NCBI RefSeq assembly: GCF_009914755.1
Contig: NC_060932.1
Origin: the human T2T-CHM13v2.0 reference genome, Homo sapiens
Length of the DNA: 64,000 nucleotides
Strand: one strand, 5' to 3'
Shown: piece after piece, positions 1 through 12,985 of the stretch
Position numbering within the stretch: position 1 is the stretch's first letter
Layout of the letters: each line of letters starts with the position of its first letter
Position numbers and translations under genes: made by a program
Notes under the pieces: generated by a model
Databases searched by the model: none
The model's input: only the letters and a program-made list of their open reading frames with translations
What the model was told of the DNA's origin: nothing

Positions 1-54
1 TCGAGGCCCTGTGTGACGAGCTCTGGGCCAGTTTCTGACCATCAGGTGGGAGCA

Positions 55-350
55 GGAGATTTTCTGAGCGCTCATGTGAGCCCTGTCATCGCCTGCACCT
101 GGAAGTAAGTGGCACATTATGAAAGCTGCTCCCTGGGACTTGCGCCCGCGTGGGGAGATGAGCTCTGTCGTGTGCTAAAGGATGAAGCCAGACACAAGCA
201 TCTACTCAGGGGCTGTGGAGCTCAGAAAGTCATGGCGTCATCAGAAGAGGCTGCCTGGGAGAGGTGGTGACGCAGGCTGGTCCCAAACAGAGATCTGATC
301 TAGAGAGGTGGGAAAGGTGTGGCCGATGGGGGAGTGCATGGCTCTGACAG
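55..350 (-). mobile_element. L2 LINE fragment (degenerate)
   Basis: Resembles the reverse-complemented L2 3' region (e.g. atcagaagaggctgcctgggagaggtggtgac); called by eye. Confidence 0.45.
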
Positions 351-359
351 AGATCGGAG

Positions 360-480
360 TTTACAGCCAGGCTCTAATGCTGCAGGATTTGGGGAGAGTC
401 CCCAGGGTCCCCCCAGCCTCAGTGGACTTGTCTGTGAAGTGGAAATATCCGTATTTAAGCCTAGGACCCTGAGTCCTTCA
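360..480 (+). mobile_element. MIR SINE fragment
   Basis: MIR core-like agcctcagtggacttgtctgtgaagtggaaata. Confidence 0.5.
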
Positions 481-2559
481 TAGCACGGGAACTCCCGAAG
501 GAGACCCGAGCTCCCCATCACACTGGGGGCCCCGGGGCTGGGGGATTCACTGGGCATCCCAAAAGTCTCCACACCTCGGGTCCCATGGGAGCTTTGCCTC
601 CACCCCTGCCTGGGCCCCAGCCCATCCCAGGAAGCCCTCCAGCCTCCAGAGAGCCTGAGGTCTGATAGGCAATCTCAGGATCATAAACCAATCAGCACCA
701 TTTATTGATCTTTTTGTCTCATCCACCAGCCACTGCAGGAATTCCTCCCCTTGGACCCAACGTGGGGCCACCCAACATACTTGCTGGACTCTGACAAGAG
801 TAGCTCCCTTCCTGGGGCAGCTGTTCTGCCCTGGAGCAGTTTTTGACTGCTGGGAAGCTTTTTCCTGGATTACACTCCAGTTGGCGTCTCTGTGACCCCC
901 TGATCTTCAGCAAGACTGCCGAAGACAGAGAAAGAATAAGAGTCATTTGGGGAAACCTCTGTCAGAATCTAAGGCTATGAGAAAGGCCCTCTCAGAAGAG
1001 CTTTGGGGGCCTGGAGGAGCCATGAGGACCCCTGCCTGGAGGGACAGAATGGGAGGGCAGCAGCCTCAGGCCATGGGGGCGGGGAGCTGCGGTCCTGCAG
1101 GGTTGGGCCGGCCAATGCACAGGTGGGCAGGCAGCCAGCCTGGAGCCACCCACTCTAAGCACTCACAGGAGCCCCAGCTAGTCAGGGCACCCAGGAGGCT
1201 GGCGAACCCTCCTGGGTACTGAGGAGACAGAGGAATGCTCCCTGTGACCGCTACTGGCCCCTGGGGGACAAGGGCTGGGTGAGGATCCCAGTGATGCTGC
1301 TACGTTGTCATCTCTGTGGGCACTGTGGTGGGGCTTGGGGCTCAGGAGAGCACCCCATACAGAGTTGACAAGACCAGAGAGACCAGTGATGGGGAGCCAC
1401 CAGCAGGAGCAGCAGCCAGCACTGGAAGCCCCCTGCACCAGGCCCCCACGACCCTGCCACGCACTCCCCCACAAGCCTGGCCCAGCGGCCTCCAGAGTTC
1501 CCTCCCCACACAGCCAGCCTGGGACTCCTTTTGGCTCCCTGCTGCCCTGCGGGCCTGGTCCTCTCCTTTCCTTTCTCCGTGTTTGGTGAATGAGCAAATC
1601 CCATTCGTGCATGAGGCCGCTCTCTGCCAGGGCCGCCCAGCTGGGAAGGCTGACAGCACGTGGCTCTGGGGAATCGCAGGGGCTCTGTCTGGAACACCTT
1701 ACATTTGAGATCTGGCTGAGCACCAGGGGAGACGCCCATCTGAGGGTTGGAATCAAGGGCCTAGATTTGCGAGGCGAGGTCAGGCCTGGAGACAGCAGCT
1801 GGGGCCCTCTGCTTGTCCTGGCACCTACAGCGTTGAGACTTTTGCACCCACCCAAGTGTGGACGTGGAGGCTGGGGGCCAAGGTCTCTGGTGACTGGACA
1901 TCAGGGGGCAGGGGACAGACCTCCCCCTCACTCCAGGGAGTTCCTTTCTCCACTTCTTTGCCCTCGGCACACCTCCCCGGGCAGCCAGGAACCTCCCCCG
2001 GGCCAATGCCGGGCAAGGCCTCCCCTCCACAGAGAAACCCAGCAGCCGGGGCCTCTGCTAGGGTGAATTCAACTCGTGCGGCCCGAGTTGCCTCACCTGG
2101 TTCTGAACCTGACTCACCGTGACTCCCCTCAGCCAGCGCACGCCTCACCCCAATGCGCTTCCATCTGAAGTAGTTCCATGCGGCGCCCTCACTGTGACCT
2201 GATGGCAACTGCCTCTCCAGGACTGGATTTGAAGACCCGGGAGGCGCCTCCGCCCTCGGGGGCTCGCTGCTCGGCCATCCGGGTGGGCTAGGAAACCCCG
2301 GAGCCATCACAAGGCAGACATGAGTCTGGGCTGGGCGGGGCTGTGTCCAGGGATGTGGCTGGAGAAGTGGGAGGGCCCAGCCTTGGGGAGGGGCAGGGAG
2401 GTTTCCCAGGGAAGGGGCGCCTGGACCTTGGCCTGGGGCCGCCAGGGGGTGACTGCAGCCGACACAATGAGCAGGAAGGACGTGCTTGGGAGCCTCCCAG
2501 CAATCCCAGAAGCCAGGGTGTCAGGGTCCCTGGCACAGGCTCTGGAGTAGGAAGGACCA

Positions 2560-2660
2560 GGTCACACTCTGGCTTTGTGAGTTTGTCGAGTCACTCAACT
2601 TCTCCAGGCCTCAGTTTTCTCCTCTGAAAACTGGGTACAATGACAATCCTGATGTGGGTG
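2560..2660 (+). mobile_element. MIR SINE fragment
   Basis: gagtcactcaacttctccaggcctcagttttctcctctgaaaactggg matches the MIR core. Confidence 0.75.
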
Positions 2661-5205
2661 ACTTTGGAGCACTCCCCTGTCCACCATTGTGACTGGCTGG
2701 GCCAGGAATGACCCCCAACTCCAGGCAGGCCCATCACAGTGGCTCCCACACCTCTCGGCACCTTGGTGACTGGCCCAGGAACGACCCCAGCCTCAACCCA
2801 GGCCAGCAAGTGCCTTCGGAGGGATTTTTAGGATCAGACACAGCTGGGGGTGAGCTGCTTGGCTGCTGAAGCTCAGAGCTGCAGACCCAGGAGCTGGTGG
2901 CTGCCATGAGCACTGTGCCCTGAAGAAGGCCGGTTTGCAGGGGACAAAGGGTGGCGCGTAGAGACAGGAGGTGGGGTGAGTGCAAAAACCCTAGAGGCCC
3001 GGCGCCACCATACCAGCTGGCCAAGACGTCCCCAGTGAAAGTCCTGTGGGGTCTGTGCTGTGTGGCACCAGGCTGTTGTCACTCACAGTCCACCCCCCTA
3101 GCCGGCAGATCCATGCCTTGGGATGGGTGCAGATTCCAAATGCGATGACACACAGAGGGAACTCAGCCCAGTGAGCCCAGAGCCTGAGGCACCCACTCGG
3201 CCCCGCCATGCACATGGAGGAGGTGCAGGCTGCAGCTCGACAGTGTTCCAGCAACAAGGTTTTCCTGCTGGAAACTCCCCGTCCTGGTCTCCCACTCACT
3301 GTGTGGCCATTCTCACAACTTCAGTTGCTGGAGTCATTGCCCTGAATCAAAGACCAGAGGCTGTCCACCCACGTAGACCTGTCCGTGGCTAGTGCAGGCT
3401 CTGCACTCAGCACTCAAAGCCCCTCGAGGGGGCACCCCCGGACCCTGCCAGCACCACCTCATGCCAGCCACACCAAACGGCATGTTCTGCTGTGACCTCT
3501 GAGACCAACCTCGCCCCATCCTTCCTCTCTGCACTCCCACACCCCCACCCTGTGTCCACCTTTGGAAGCAGATGGTGGCTTACTTGGGAGGTGAGCCCTG
3601 GAAAGACCAGTGGGGGTGAGGCATGAGACAGGGAAGGAAAGCAACCAGCAGGGTGTCCTAAAGCCACTGGCCACCGTGCACAGCTAGAGGTCGGTGCCAC
3701 AGAGACCAAGGGGAGTCGTGTGGCCAGGCCCTGGGAACCACTTGCCAGGCAGGGCTCATGGCTGCCCCGGCTTCACCTGGGGAGTGTGAGTTCCCAGCAC
3801 TTCCGCATGAGACCCACAGGCCAGAGAAAGCAGGGCATGGAGGGGCGGAGGCAAAGCGGGAGGCTGCAGGGACGGCAGCGTAGCGGGAGGCCGAGGGGAC
3901 AGCGCCATGGCCAGCGCTTGCTCCTCTGACCTGCTTGCCCCTCCCTGTAGTGTCTCTGGCACACTCACACACTTGCACACTCCTGCTCTGTCACCCACAG
4001 GGACACTGAGCAGCCCTCTCGGGCACCCTGAAGCCCTCCTTTCTGCGGGCTTACTGGGCGTCACTGATGCATTGACTTGCACGTGCCCGCCTGGGCCTGT
4101 GGGCCTCTCACTAGAACACGGCATCTCTCCCCCAGTGTCTCCAGCGCTAGGAAGAGGCATTCAGCAACGATTGGCCAATGAGCAAATTCATCCGGAAGTT
4201 CAAGAGTTGCTTCCAAGGCTGGGGGTGGGGAGTCAATGTCCCTGGCAAGCAGGAAAGGGGGAATCTCCCCACGGAGAAATCCACAGGGCAGGGTGGGGGT
4301 AGGTGGCTGTTCTGGGAGCCCAGGAACTGTCTGGCCTCTGGGGCCGAAGGCCAGATGGCAGGTCCCTGAATATGATGAAGGCACAGCCCCACTTTCAAAT
4401 CAGGCAAATAGAAATAGTTTTTTTTAGGTCAGGGTGAGGAAAGAAGAGAACACTTAGGAAGCAGAAATTACAAAATTCTGAATAATTGCCTCTTAAAAGC
4501 ATTTTAACTCCCCTGAGGTGAGCGGCCCCTGCGTTGAGTTGATCCTTGGGCACCAAGCCGTACAGCTGCAGGAGAGGGGCCCGGCCCGGCTCCTCGGAGC
4601 CGCAGCCCTGCAGCTCAAGTCAGGGGCGGACAGGAGTAGGGTGCCATGGTGCCAGAGACCAAGGCCAGGCATCAGCCCCTGCTGACCTCTCTCCCTGAGC
4701 CCCAGCCCAGCCCACACTCCGCATCCCAGGCATGCTGGCATGTTTGCAGGACCTGTGCAGACCGACAGCAGCTGCTCCCTGCAGGGGAACTGGTAAACTC
4801 TTGCTGGGGCCATTACCCAGCGGATGAGGCGCCTTCAGCCAGCCTTTCTCTCCAGGAGAGGGTTTGGGATCCACTCTGGGAAGCGCTTTTCCTCCCTGTG
4901 CTCAGCCCAGGAGGAAGAGCCACAGCGGGGACTCAATCAGCAAGGCACTTGGAGCGAGTTGAAATGGGGTTGGGTTGTTAGAATTGGGAGCTGTGACCGG
5001 AATAAGCTGTGTCTGCCAGCGAGGAGGTGACCAGAACAGCGGGGTTCATAGCATGGAGCTGGCTGAGGTGGGATGGGTACGGTCATGCTCCACTGGAGTT
5101 AACTTGGCTGAGCTGAGCCAGGCCGGGTGGCCCAGCCTCAGCTGCAACGAGGGTGTGGGCCAGGCCAGAAGTGTCCACAAGGGGCCGCAGGGGAGTCTCA
5201 AGGCC

Positions 5206-5265
5206 AGATAGAAGAGAGTCGATGATAATTGATAAAGACGATAAGGTTGAAGAAAGGTGTTATCA
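5206..5265. promoter_or_regulatory. Cluster of five GATA motifs
   Basis: AGATAG 5206, TGATAA 5223, TGATAA 5230, CGATAA 5239 and TTATCA 5260 within 60 bp; function inferred only. Confidence 0.35.
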
Positions 5266-5559
5266 ATGCGAGTGAGGGTCTGGGAAATGTAGAAATAAGT
5301 TTGGGGTCAGGAGGGAAATTAAATATGGCTTCCAGTTAGAGGGGCTGGGGCAGGGGCCAGATTAAACAAGATGGAGCAGGATCCTGAAGGAAGATCAGGA
5401 AATAATTTCCTAAATGTAGGCTGACCATGAGAGCGTTCCTAACCCTGACCACCGACCTCCTTTCAAGAGTATGGACCTTTTCGCTAAGGAAGATGAAATG
5501 TATATAAACTGTGACTTTTTCCAAAATGGAGACCATGCTTTATTTATCTTGGTAAATTG

Positions 5560-5650
5560 TCCTCCATTTCTATCCCTCCAGCTCATCCCAGGTCAGAAGA
5601 GTATATAGTACACAATAGACATTCAGAAAATAATCAAATTGATAAATGTA
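5560..5650 (+). mobile_element. L2 3' end
   Basis: gtacacaatagacattcagaaaataatc...gataaatg resembles the L2 terminus and runs into the (GGAT)n tract. Confidence 0.45.
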
Positions 5651-6990
5651 TGGGTGGATGGATGGATGGATGGATGGTTGAAGGCTGAGTGGATGAGTGA
5701 TGGATAGTGGATGGATGAATAAATAGATGGATAGATGAGTGGATGAATGGGTAAGTGGATGGATGAATGGATGGATAGATGGGAAGATGGGTGGACAGAT
5801 GAGTGAAGGAGTAGATGGATGAATGAATGGATAAATGGAAGGGTGGATGTATGAGTGGATGGATGGATAAATGGATGGATGGATGATGGTGGATGGATCG
5901 AAGGTGAGTGGATGAGTGATGGATAGTGGATGGATGGATACATAGATGGATGAGTCAGTGGATGGATGGGTGGATGGGTGAATGGATGGATGGATGGGTG
6001 GGTGAATGGATGGGTGGGTGGGTGGATGGATGGATGGATGGATGGATGGATGGATAGATTGGTGGATGGGTGAATGGATGGATGAATAGATGGGTATATG
6101 GGTGGATGGATGGATGGATAAATAGATGGATGAGTGGATGGATGAATGGGTGGATGAATAGATGGGTGGATAGATGGATAGATAGGTATATGGATAGATG
6201 GATGGATGGATAAATGGATGGATGGATGATGGGTGGATGGATGGAAGATGAGTGGATAAGTGATGGATAGTGGACGCATGCATAAATAGATGGATGAGTC
6301 GGTGGATGAATGGGTGAATAGATGGATGGATGGATGGATGGATGGATGGATGGATGGCTAGATGGATGAGTGGATGGATGAATGGGTGGATGAATAGATG
6401 GGTGGATGAATGGGTATATAGGTATATGAATGGATGGATGGATGGATGGACGATGGGTAGATGGATGGAAGATGAGTGGATGAGTGATGGATAGTGGATG
6501 GATGATAAATAGACGGATGAGTCGGTGGATGGATGGATGGGTGGATAGATGGCTGGATGGATGGATAGATGAGTGAATGGGTGGATGAATGAATGGATAG
6601 ATGGATAAATAGATGAACAAGTGGGTGGATGAATGGGTGGATGAATGAATATGTAGGTAGATGGATGGATGGATGGATGGATGGATGGATGGATAGATGA
6701 GTGAATGGGTGGATGAATGAATGGATAGATGGATAAATAGATGAACAAGTGGGTGGATGAATGGGTGGATGAATGAATATGTAGGTAGATGGATGGATGG
6801 ATGGATGGATAGGTGGATGGATAGGTGAATGGGTGGATGGACGAATGGGCAAGTGGATGGATGATAGGTGAATGACAGAGGATAGATGGATGAAATGAAT
6901 GTGTGAATAAACAATGGGCAAAGGATGGATGGATAAGTGGATGGGTGATGGATAGATGAGTGGATGGGTGATGGATGGATGGATGGATGG
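5645..6990. repeat. (GGAT/TGGA)n complex microsatellite, about 1.35 kb
   Basis: Directly visible; includes a 128-bp internal duplication (gaacaagt at 6615 and 6743). Confidence 0.98.
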
Positions 6991-8734
6991 CTAACAGACT
7001 GCTTCACTTAGTGCTTAGAACCTGGCAGTGCAACCAGAATTCCATGCCCACTGAATTCTGTCTCTGCCCTGAATTCCCAATACCTGGATACTCTGGAACT
7101 TCTGCCCAGGTTCCATCTGACCCCTCAAACTCTGCTCCAGAGTGCCTGGACCATATAATAGAAATTCTGCCTCTATTCTGATTCCTCTGTGGAATCTCAG
7201 CGCAGGCACCTTCCTTAGCTGGGCTCCGACACCCCTCTGGACATTAGCCACACTCTCTGCCCTAGAGAGCTGGCCCTGACCCATAGTTGCTGGCAGGGGT
7301 CCTACTTTAACTTGAACCAATGTCTCCCCCTTCCTGCTCTAGATCGTGATAGCTCCCATTTAAAACTCTGGGACCCAGGCTGCGGGGACTTCCAGCCACA
7401 AGCCCTGCAACGCCAGCAGGAGGGCAGTTGTCCAGGGAGCCTCGAGTCAGAAGAGAAGGAACTGCTGCTTTCTTGGGGATGTCCAGTCAGACCTGTGAGG
7501 CCCTTGTCCAACCCCTTCCAGACCACTTGGGGTCATTGCCCCAGCAACCCCCTGGCCTGCTGGGCCCAGCCCTCCCCTCCAGCCCACCCCCACCCCGAGG
7601 TCTTCTAGCCACAGCCCCAGCCCCCAACTGCTGCTCTTGTCTGCTCTTCAGGACCCTCGCCCACGGCTGTGAGCTGCCTTTCAGTCCTGGCTCTTGCTGA
7701 CCTCCTGCCCCTGCAGAGCGTCTCTGAAAGCCCCTCCCCAATTCATCCCAGGTGCCACGGCGCTGCTCCCCACCCCCACGCCCACCTCACCTGAAACTCT
7801 CTGTGCCCATCCAGTCCATCTTGACACCACCTCTGCCTGCTCTGAGTTCCCTTAGCCAAGGCCCCTCCAGGAAGAGCCGGAAGGAAAGGCCTGCTTCGAG
7901 GACCAGTGAGGACGTCAGCAGCACTGCACCGGTGTGGCCTGGGCTTGGGCCTGGGCTTCTGTCTGTGGCATGGGCAGCACAACCACCTTGTGGCGCTGAT
8001 GAGCGGGTCAAGAACTGAGCGGTGCCCGGCACCTGGCAGATGCCCAGTGAACACAGCTTCCTCTCTTCCTCTGCCTTTAGTGCAGGGATAGCCCAGCAGG
8101 CAGCACAATTCTCAAAGAGGCCAATCCAGCAGCTCAGACAGGATCACAGAGCCCCAGTCTGCAGGGTTCGTGCCCCAGCCGCCGCCACTTCCTTCTCTCT
8201 AGCAAAGCCCCAGACAGGTTGCCCCTGTCCAAGGCTGGAGAGCTCTCGGGGGTGTGGGGGGACGTCTAGCCCAGGCCATGACCAAGGCTGTGCTCAGTCC
8301 CTTCCCTCCCCAGCCATGGGGGCCCACAAACCAAAGTCCCCAGCAGGAAGCCATTCCTGTCACCCCCACTTTCAAAAGGGCCATCACGGCCTAGAGAGGG
8401 AAAGGAGATTTCCAGGGTTGCCCAGCATGAACGGAGGAGGTGGGACCTCACCCCTCCACACTGTATTCCAGGGCAGAATCCTGGGATCCCAGAGGCATGG
8501 CCAGCACCGGTTCCAGCTCCCTGACACCTGCTGGCATCCGCCCCCATACACTGACATACGTGAAAGAAATCTGCTGGCAGGGAGATGCCCCCCGTGTCAG
8601 CCCTCAGTGAGCCCCAGAAGAGCCCCAGAGCAGGGACGGGGCAGAGAGGGAGGCCAAGGGCCACACACCTGGTCCCCAGACTGCTCGAGCCTGCTGTGTG
8701 GCCTCTGAGCCTCACCTCTCCGACAGTCACTTCA

Positions 8735-8870
8735 GGGTGCCATGGTTAGGAGCAAGAACCCTGGGCCACACGGAGTGAATCCCCACTCTCCTTTCTCTAC
8801 CTGGGCAACCTTGGGCCTCTCCGGGCCTCTGTTGCTTCATTTGTACATGGGGACAGAACTAAACATCCTC
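8735..8870 (+). mobile_element. MIR SINE
   Basis: tggttaggagc...ccttgggcctctccgggcctctgttgcttcatttgtacatgggga. Confidence 0.7.
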
Positions 8871-9559
8871 TGTGGGTGACAGCAGCATGGAGAGAAGCTG
8901 GCGAGGCATGCAGAACCCAGCCCTGGGGCATGGCGGGACCCGTGTCTCAGGAGAAACCAGGCGAAGGCGAAGGGCCGGTGGCACCAGAGCAAGGGCTGAG
9001 CAGCTGCCGGGCTGTGAGAAGGCGGATACGAATCCCAGCAGGGCAAGCGGGCGTCTCCTTGGCCCTCGCTCCAAGAGGCGCACAAGAAATGAAGCCGCTG
9101 GCAGCAGAAGGTGCAGGAAAGTGGACAGACCGGAGCCTTGTCACTCATAATGCCTTGTGCCTCACTCAGCCCTCCCAAACCCCTCTGTATGAACAGGCCC
9201 GTTCTGCAGATGCTGGGGAGGCATTGGCAAGGTGAAGAGCCTCAGCCTCCTGGCTAGGGCTGGGGGAGCCAGCACTGACCCATCCACCTCCGTCTCTGTA
9301 GAGCCCAGGCCCCCAGGTCCCCCGCCCACGCCCAGGAAAGCCACTGCGTCATGCCAGCCTTGGCAACCTCTCCTCGGTGCCCCCATCTCGCAGCAGTCGG
9401 AGGTCATGGCGGGTGTGAGTTGTCAGAGCCTGCCTCCTACTAAAGTGTATTTGCCACTTTTTGCCCATGAAGCCTTGGGAATCAGGTTTATGAGAGATTT
9501 GCGGACCTCGGCAGGAAAGCAAGGCTCTGTAGGCAAGGACTGGAGGCCTCCTCCGTTCT

Positions 9560-9650
9560 GTCCTTGCAGTGACAGGAATAGGAGTCACGTGTTCCACCCG
9601 GCCTCAGTTTCCTCATCTGTGAAATGGGAACAAGGTCACCGCCTATCCGC
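9560..9650 (+). mobile_element. MIR SINE fragment
   Basis: gcctcagtttcctcatctgtgaaatggga, a near-consensus MIR core. Confidence 0.8.
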
Positions 9651-11209
9651 CCAAGGTGTCGGTGAGTTTCACAAGCCAGAGTTGCAGCCTGCAGCATCGA
9701 GTGCCGTGCGTGGAGCCGTGCTGTCCATGTCCATGGGGAAACGGCCCTGGGAGGGCATTGCTCCCTCTCGCAGCTCTCCCCACAGCAGGCCGCTCACCCT
9801 CCAGCCTCTTGGGAGCCAGCTCCTTGCTTTCCGGGGCCCTCTGGGCAGCGCAGTGGCAACAGCTACCCTCCGGACCCTCTGGCTCCCCGGCAAACGCCCT
9901 TGCTTGGCCCCCTTATTCTTGCACAAATCAAGCAACTTGTGAATGTGCTGACCTCTTTCCCTCCCTTCCTTTATTTACTTTCTCGTGGTTTAAATGCATG
10001 CTGCTGTGGAGTCCGCTGCGCAGCCGAGCCCAGGTGACATTGCAGGCAGGTCCCTCCGGCCGCAGGGGAAGGGACCGACAAGGAGTCCAGGACCCCCCGC
10101 AGCTTCCACCATGCGCAGCTCCCCCAGCCCATGGGAAGTCCCTGGGCTGTCGGCCAGCCTGGCAAAGTCCTCCATGGTCCAGCTGGAGCTGCTTCTCCAA
10201 CCACAGCCGGCGGCTGACACAGCCCCGGGGCTGTGACCATCTGAGAGGACCAGGGCGATGGTGAGGCTACATGTGTGATGGGACTGACGTTTATGAAGCC
10301 ACCACCAGGCCACGGCCTCCCCGCTATCCATGACACAGATGGTAAAGTGGAAGGAAGCTGGGAGCCCTGGGGATATGGGGAAGTCACTCAACCCTGTGAC
10401 CTCAGGAATATAAAGACAAGTAATGCACATCGCACTCCTGCTCCAGGGTGGACACCTGGCCCCGGCAGGCATGTGGAGCCTGGGAGTCCCACAGAGCCAC
10501 GTAGTCAGGCCCTCGGAGTGGGAGGGACCAAGAGCTGCTCAGGCTGGGACAGAGAAGGCAAGACCTGGAACCTCACACTGGCCTCATAGACACAGGGACC
10601 CTCTAGGGCAGGGGCCAGCAGCCCCATCCACCCAGCTGCCCACACCCAGCCCCCAGGGAGCAACTGTTGAGGCCAGCCAGGCCCACAAGCACCCCCTCTG
10701 CTCCCTGGACCTTCTGTCCGATGTTCTCTGCTTCTGCAAAGGGGCTGTGTCTGAGTTTGGTGGGTCCAGGGCACCTCCCCAGGCTTGCTCTGCCCAAAGT
10801 ACAGTGGGATGGGAGGGGCTGGCACAGCAGCAGCCCCTGGCAGGCAACAAGGCCCTCACCTTCCCTTCTCGCCTGGCCTCCTGAGGCCTGCACACCGTTG
10901 GTAGTTGGCACCCAAGGCTCATGGGGAGACAGTTAAGGCTTGAAGAGGCAAAGGGACTTGCTAATGAAACCTTGGGAGCGTTAGACACTAAAGGCAAGTG
11001 CTGCCATGTGTTGGACCAGGATGGGTCTTCACTACCCCTCCCAGGCTCCCTGCTCAGCTCCAGGACACGCTGTAAACATGGCCTTCCCCAGGACTGCCCA
11101 GTCCCCTGGGAGCTCACGCCACCCGAATCCATTCTACTGTACTTGCCTGGACACACCAGAAAGACTCTGTCCTGTTTCGTATTCTGCGGCTTCCAGGAAG
11201 GAGAAAAGA

Positions 11210-11475
11210 GGTCATGAAATGTCTAGTGAATTAATAAATTATGGACAAGTAAAGGATCAATGTTCTTTTTGTCTTGAGCATTTTTCTGCAATAGCAGCAC
11301 GCCCCTATTAACAACATCAACAAAAGTCAAGTACGAAGAAGCAGGAAGGCACTCACCACTCATGGTCCCACTGCCCTGAGATAACGACACTCACAGTTTT
11401 CAAAATGTTTTTCTAGGCTTAGCTTTTTGACTGAAATAAATGCATCGTTGCAATTATATTTAATTGGATCCCTTG
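11210..11475. promoter_or_regulatory. AT-rich enhancer-like island
   Basis: Abrupt AT-rich non-repetitive patch with TAAT/ATTA motifs (gaattaataaattatgg, atttaattgg). Confidence 0.4.
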
Positions 11476-11999
11476 ACAAGCCCTTCCTGAGAGAGCTTTT
11501 TTCACGAGGAACTTGTGTTTTTGCAGGGTAACCTGGAGACCAGAGGTGTACCACGAAAGCACTTCGCCCAGGGCCCTCTCCATCGTACACTGCGTTGTGG
11601 GCCCAGGCAAGTCAGGGGCTTCTTCCCAGGAGGGCTTGGGTGCAGACCTGCGGAGGGGCCCACAGCCACTCTGGTCCCTCCCTGCCAGGAGGATGTCGCA
11701 GGCTTAGAAACTGGACAGATATCTACAGTTCTGGCTTTTTCTTTCAGTTTGCTTCAGCAATTTAATTCCAGCCCAGCACAGGGTGGAACAGTTTCCCAAT
11801 GCATGCGTGCCGCAGGGGGCTAGCTGCTTCCAAACCCCAGAACCGCCGCAGACTCCAGGCAAGGCCAACACTGCCCACTCTCCTCGCCACTCCCAAATAT
11901 GTTCCGTGCCATTCCTTAGACCATTCCATTTTGCAGAGAAGACTGAGGACAAACTGAGGTCTGGTCATTAGTACAGATTGTGGTTTTGTGTTTTCTGTC

Positions 12000-12260
12000 C
12001 AGATACTTACTGAATTCTTTTTATTTATCTTTAAAATTTGAAGATCTTGCCAGCAGGTATCTGGAGGCGTGGGCTCCTTTCATGGCCGGCGCACCTGCCC
12101 GTGCGCCTGTGTGGGGCTCTGGGCGGCTCCGGCGTGCTCACTTGCCAGACACGGGAGTTTTTCCTTCTGTTCACTGTTCCAGTGTCCTCCTGAAGGCCGC
12201 CTGTCACCTCAGATTGCGTCTGCCGCTCTGGCGTTCGGTCTCTCCCTCTCATCTGGAGCT
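12000..12260 (-). mobile_element. Old L1/HAL1 ORF1-region fragment
   Basis: tttatctttaaaatttgaagatcttgccagcaggtatctggaggcgtggg resembles the antisense L1M/HAL1 ORF1 region; highly diverged. Confidence 0.35.
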
Positions 12261-12454
12261 GAAGGGTCCGTGTGTCTGCATGCCCCAAGGATGACCTTCT
12301 GCCCTGCCGCGCTGCCTTCCACTGCCCTGTGTGGGTGTCAAGTCCACCACTGCCTAGAACTTGAACTCCTACAATTCCTGAGGCCCCATTCAGCTTCCTT
12401 CATGCTCAGCCCGTTCCCTTCTAGGCACCTGCTCCTGCTTCAGAGCAAACATTT

Positions 12455-12985
12455 CTTTTTAGTATTGTTTGTTTGTTTGTTTGTTTGAGATTCAGGGGGT
12501 ACCTATCCAGGTTTCTTACCAGGTATATTGCATGATGCTGGGGTTTGGGATTCTATTGTACTTGTCACCCAAACAGTGAACACAGTATCTGAGAGGCAGC
12601 TTTTCCACCCTTGCACCTCTCCCTCCCTCCCCACTTTTGAAGTCCCCGTTGTCTGTGGATCCCATGTTTATGCCTGTGTGTACCCAACATTTAGCTCCTG
12701 CTTGTAAGTGAGAACAGGTGATGTTTGGCTTCCTGTTTCTGATTTAATTCACTTAAGACGATGGCCTCCAGCTGCCTCCATGTTGCTACCAAGGCCATGA
12801 TTTCGTTCTTTTTTATGGCTGTAGAGTATTCCATGGTGTACATGGACCACATTTTCCTTATCCGATCCACTGTTGTGTGTCCCTGGGTGGATTCCGTGTC
12901 TTTGCTGTTGTGAATAGTGCTGCAATGAACACAGCAGTGCAGGTGTTTTGTGTGCCATGTGGAAGGGCACTGTGGTTTGGGATGT
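12455..12985 (-). mobile_element. L1 3' end (L1PB-like), 5'-truncated
   Basis: T-rich tail, then ttcagggggtac...tttagctcctgcttgtaagtgagaacagg...ttttttatggctgtagagtattccatggtgta...tgtgaatagtgctgcaatgaaca (antisense L1 3'UTR and ORF2 end). Confidence 0.9.

Noticed and set aside
5570-7007. Long ORFs (392, 350, 218 aa) of IHPS-type repeats
   Set aside because: Translations of the (ATCC)n strand of a microsatellite; no protein-like complexity.
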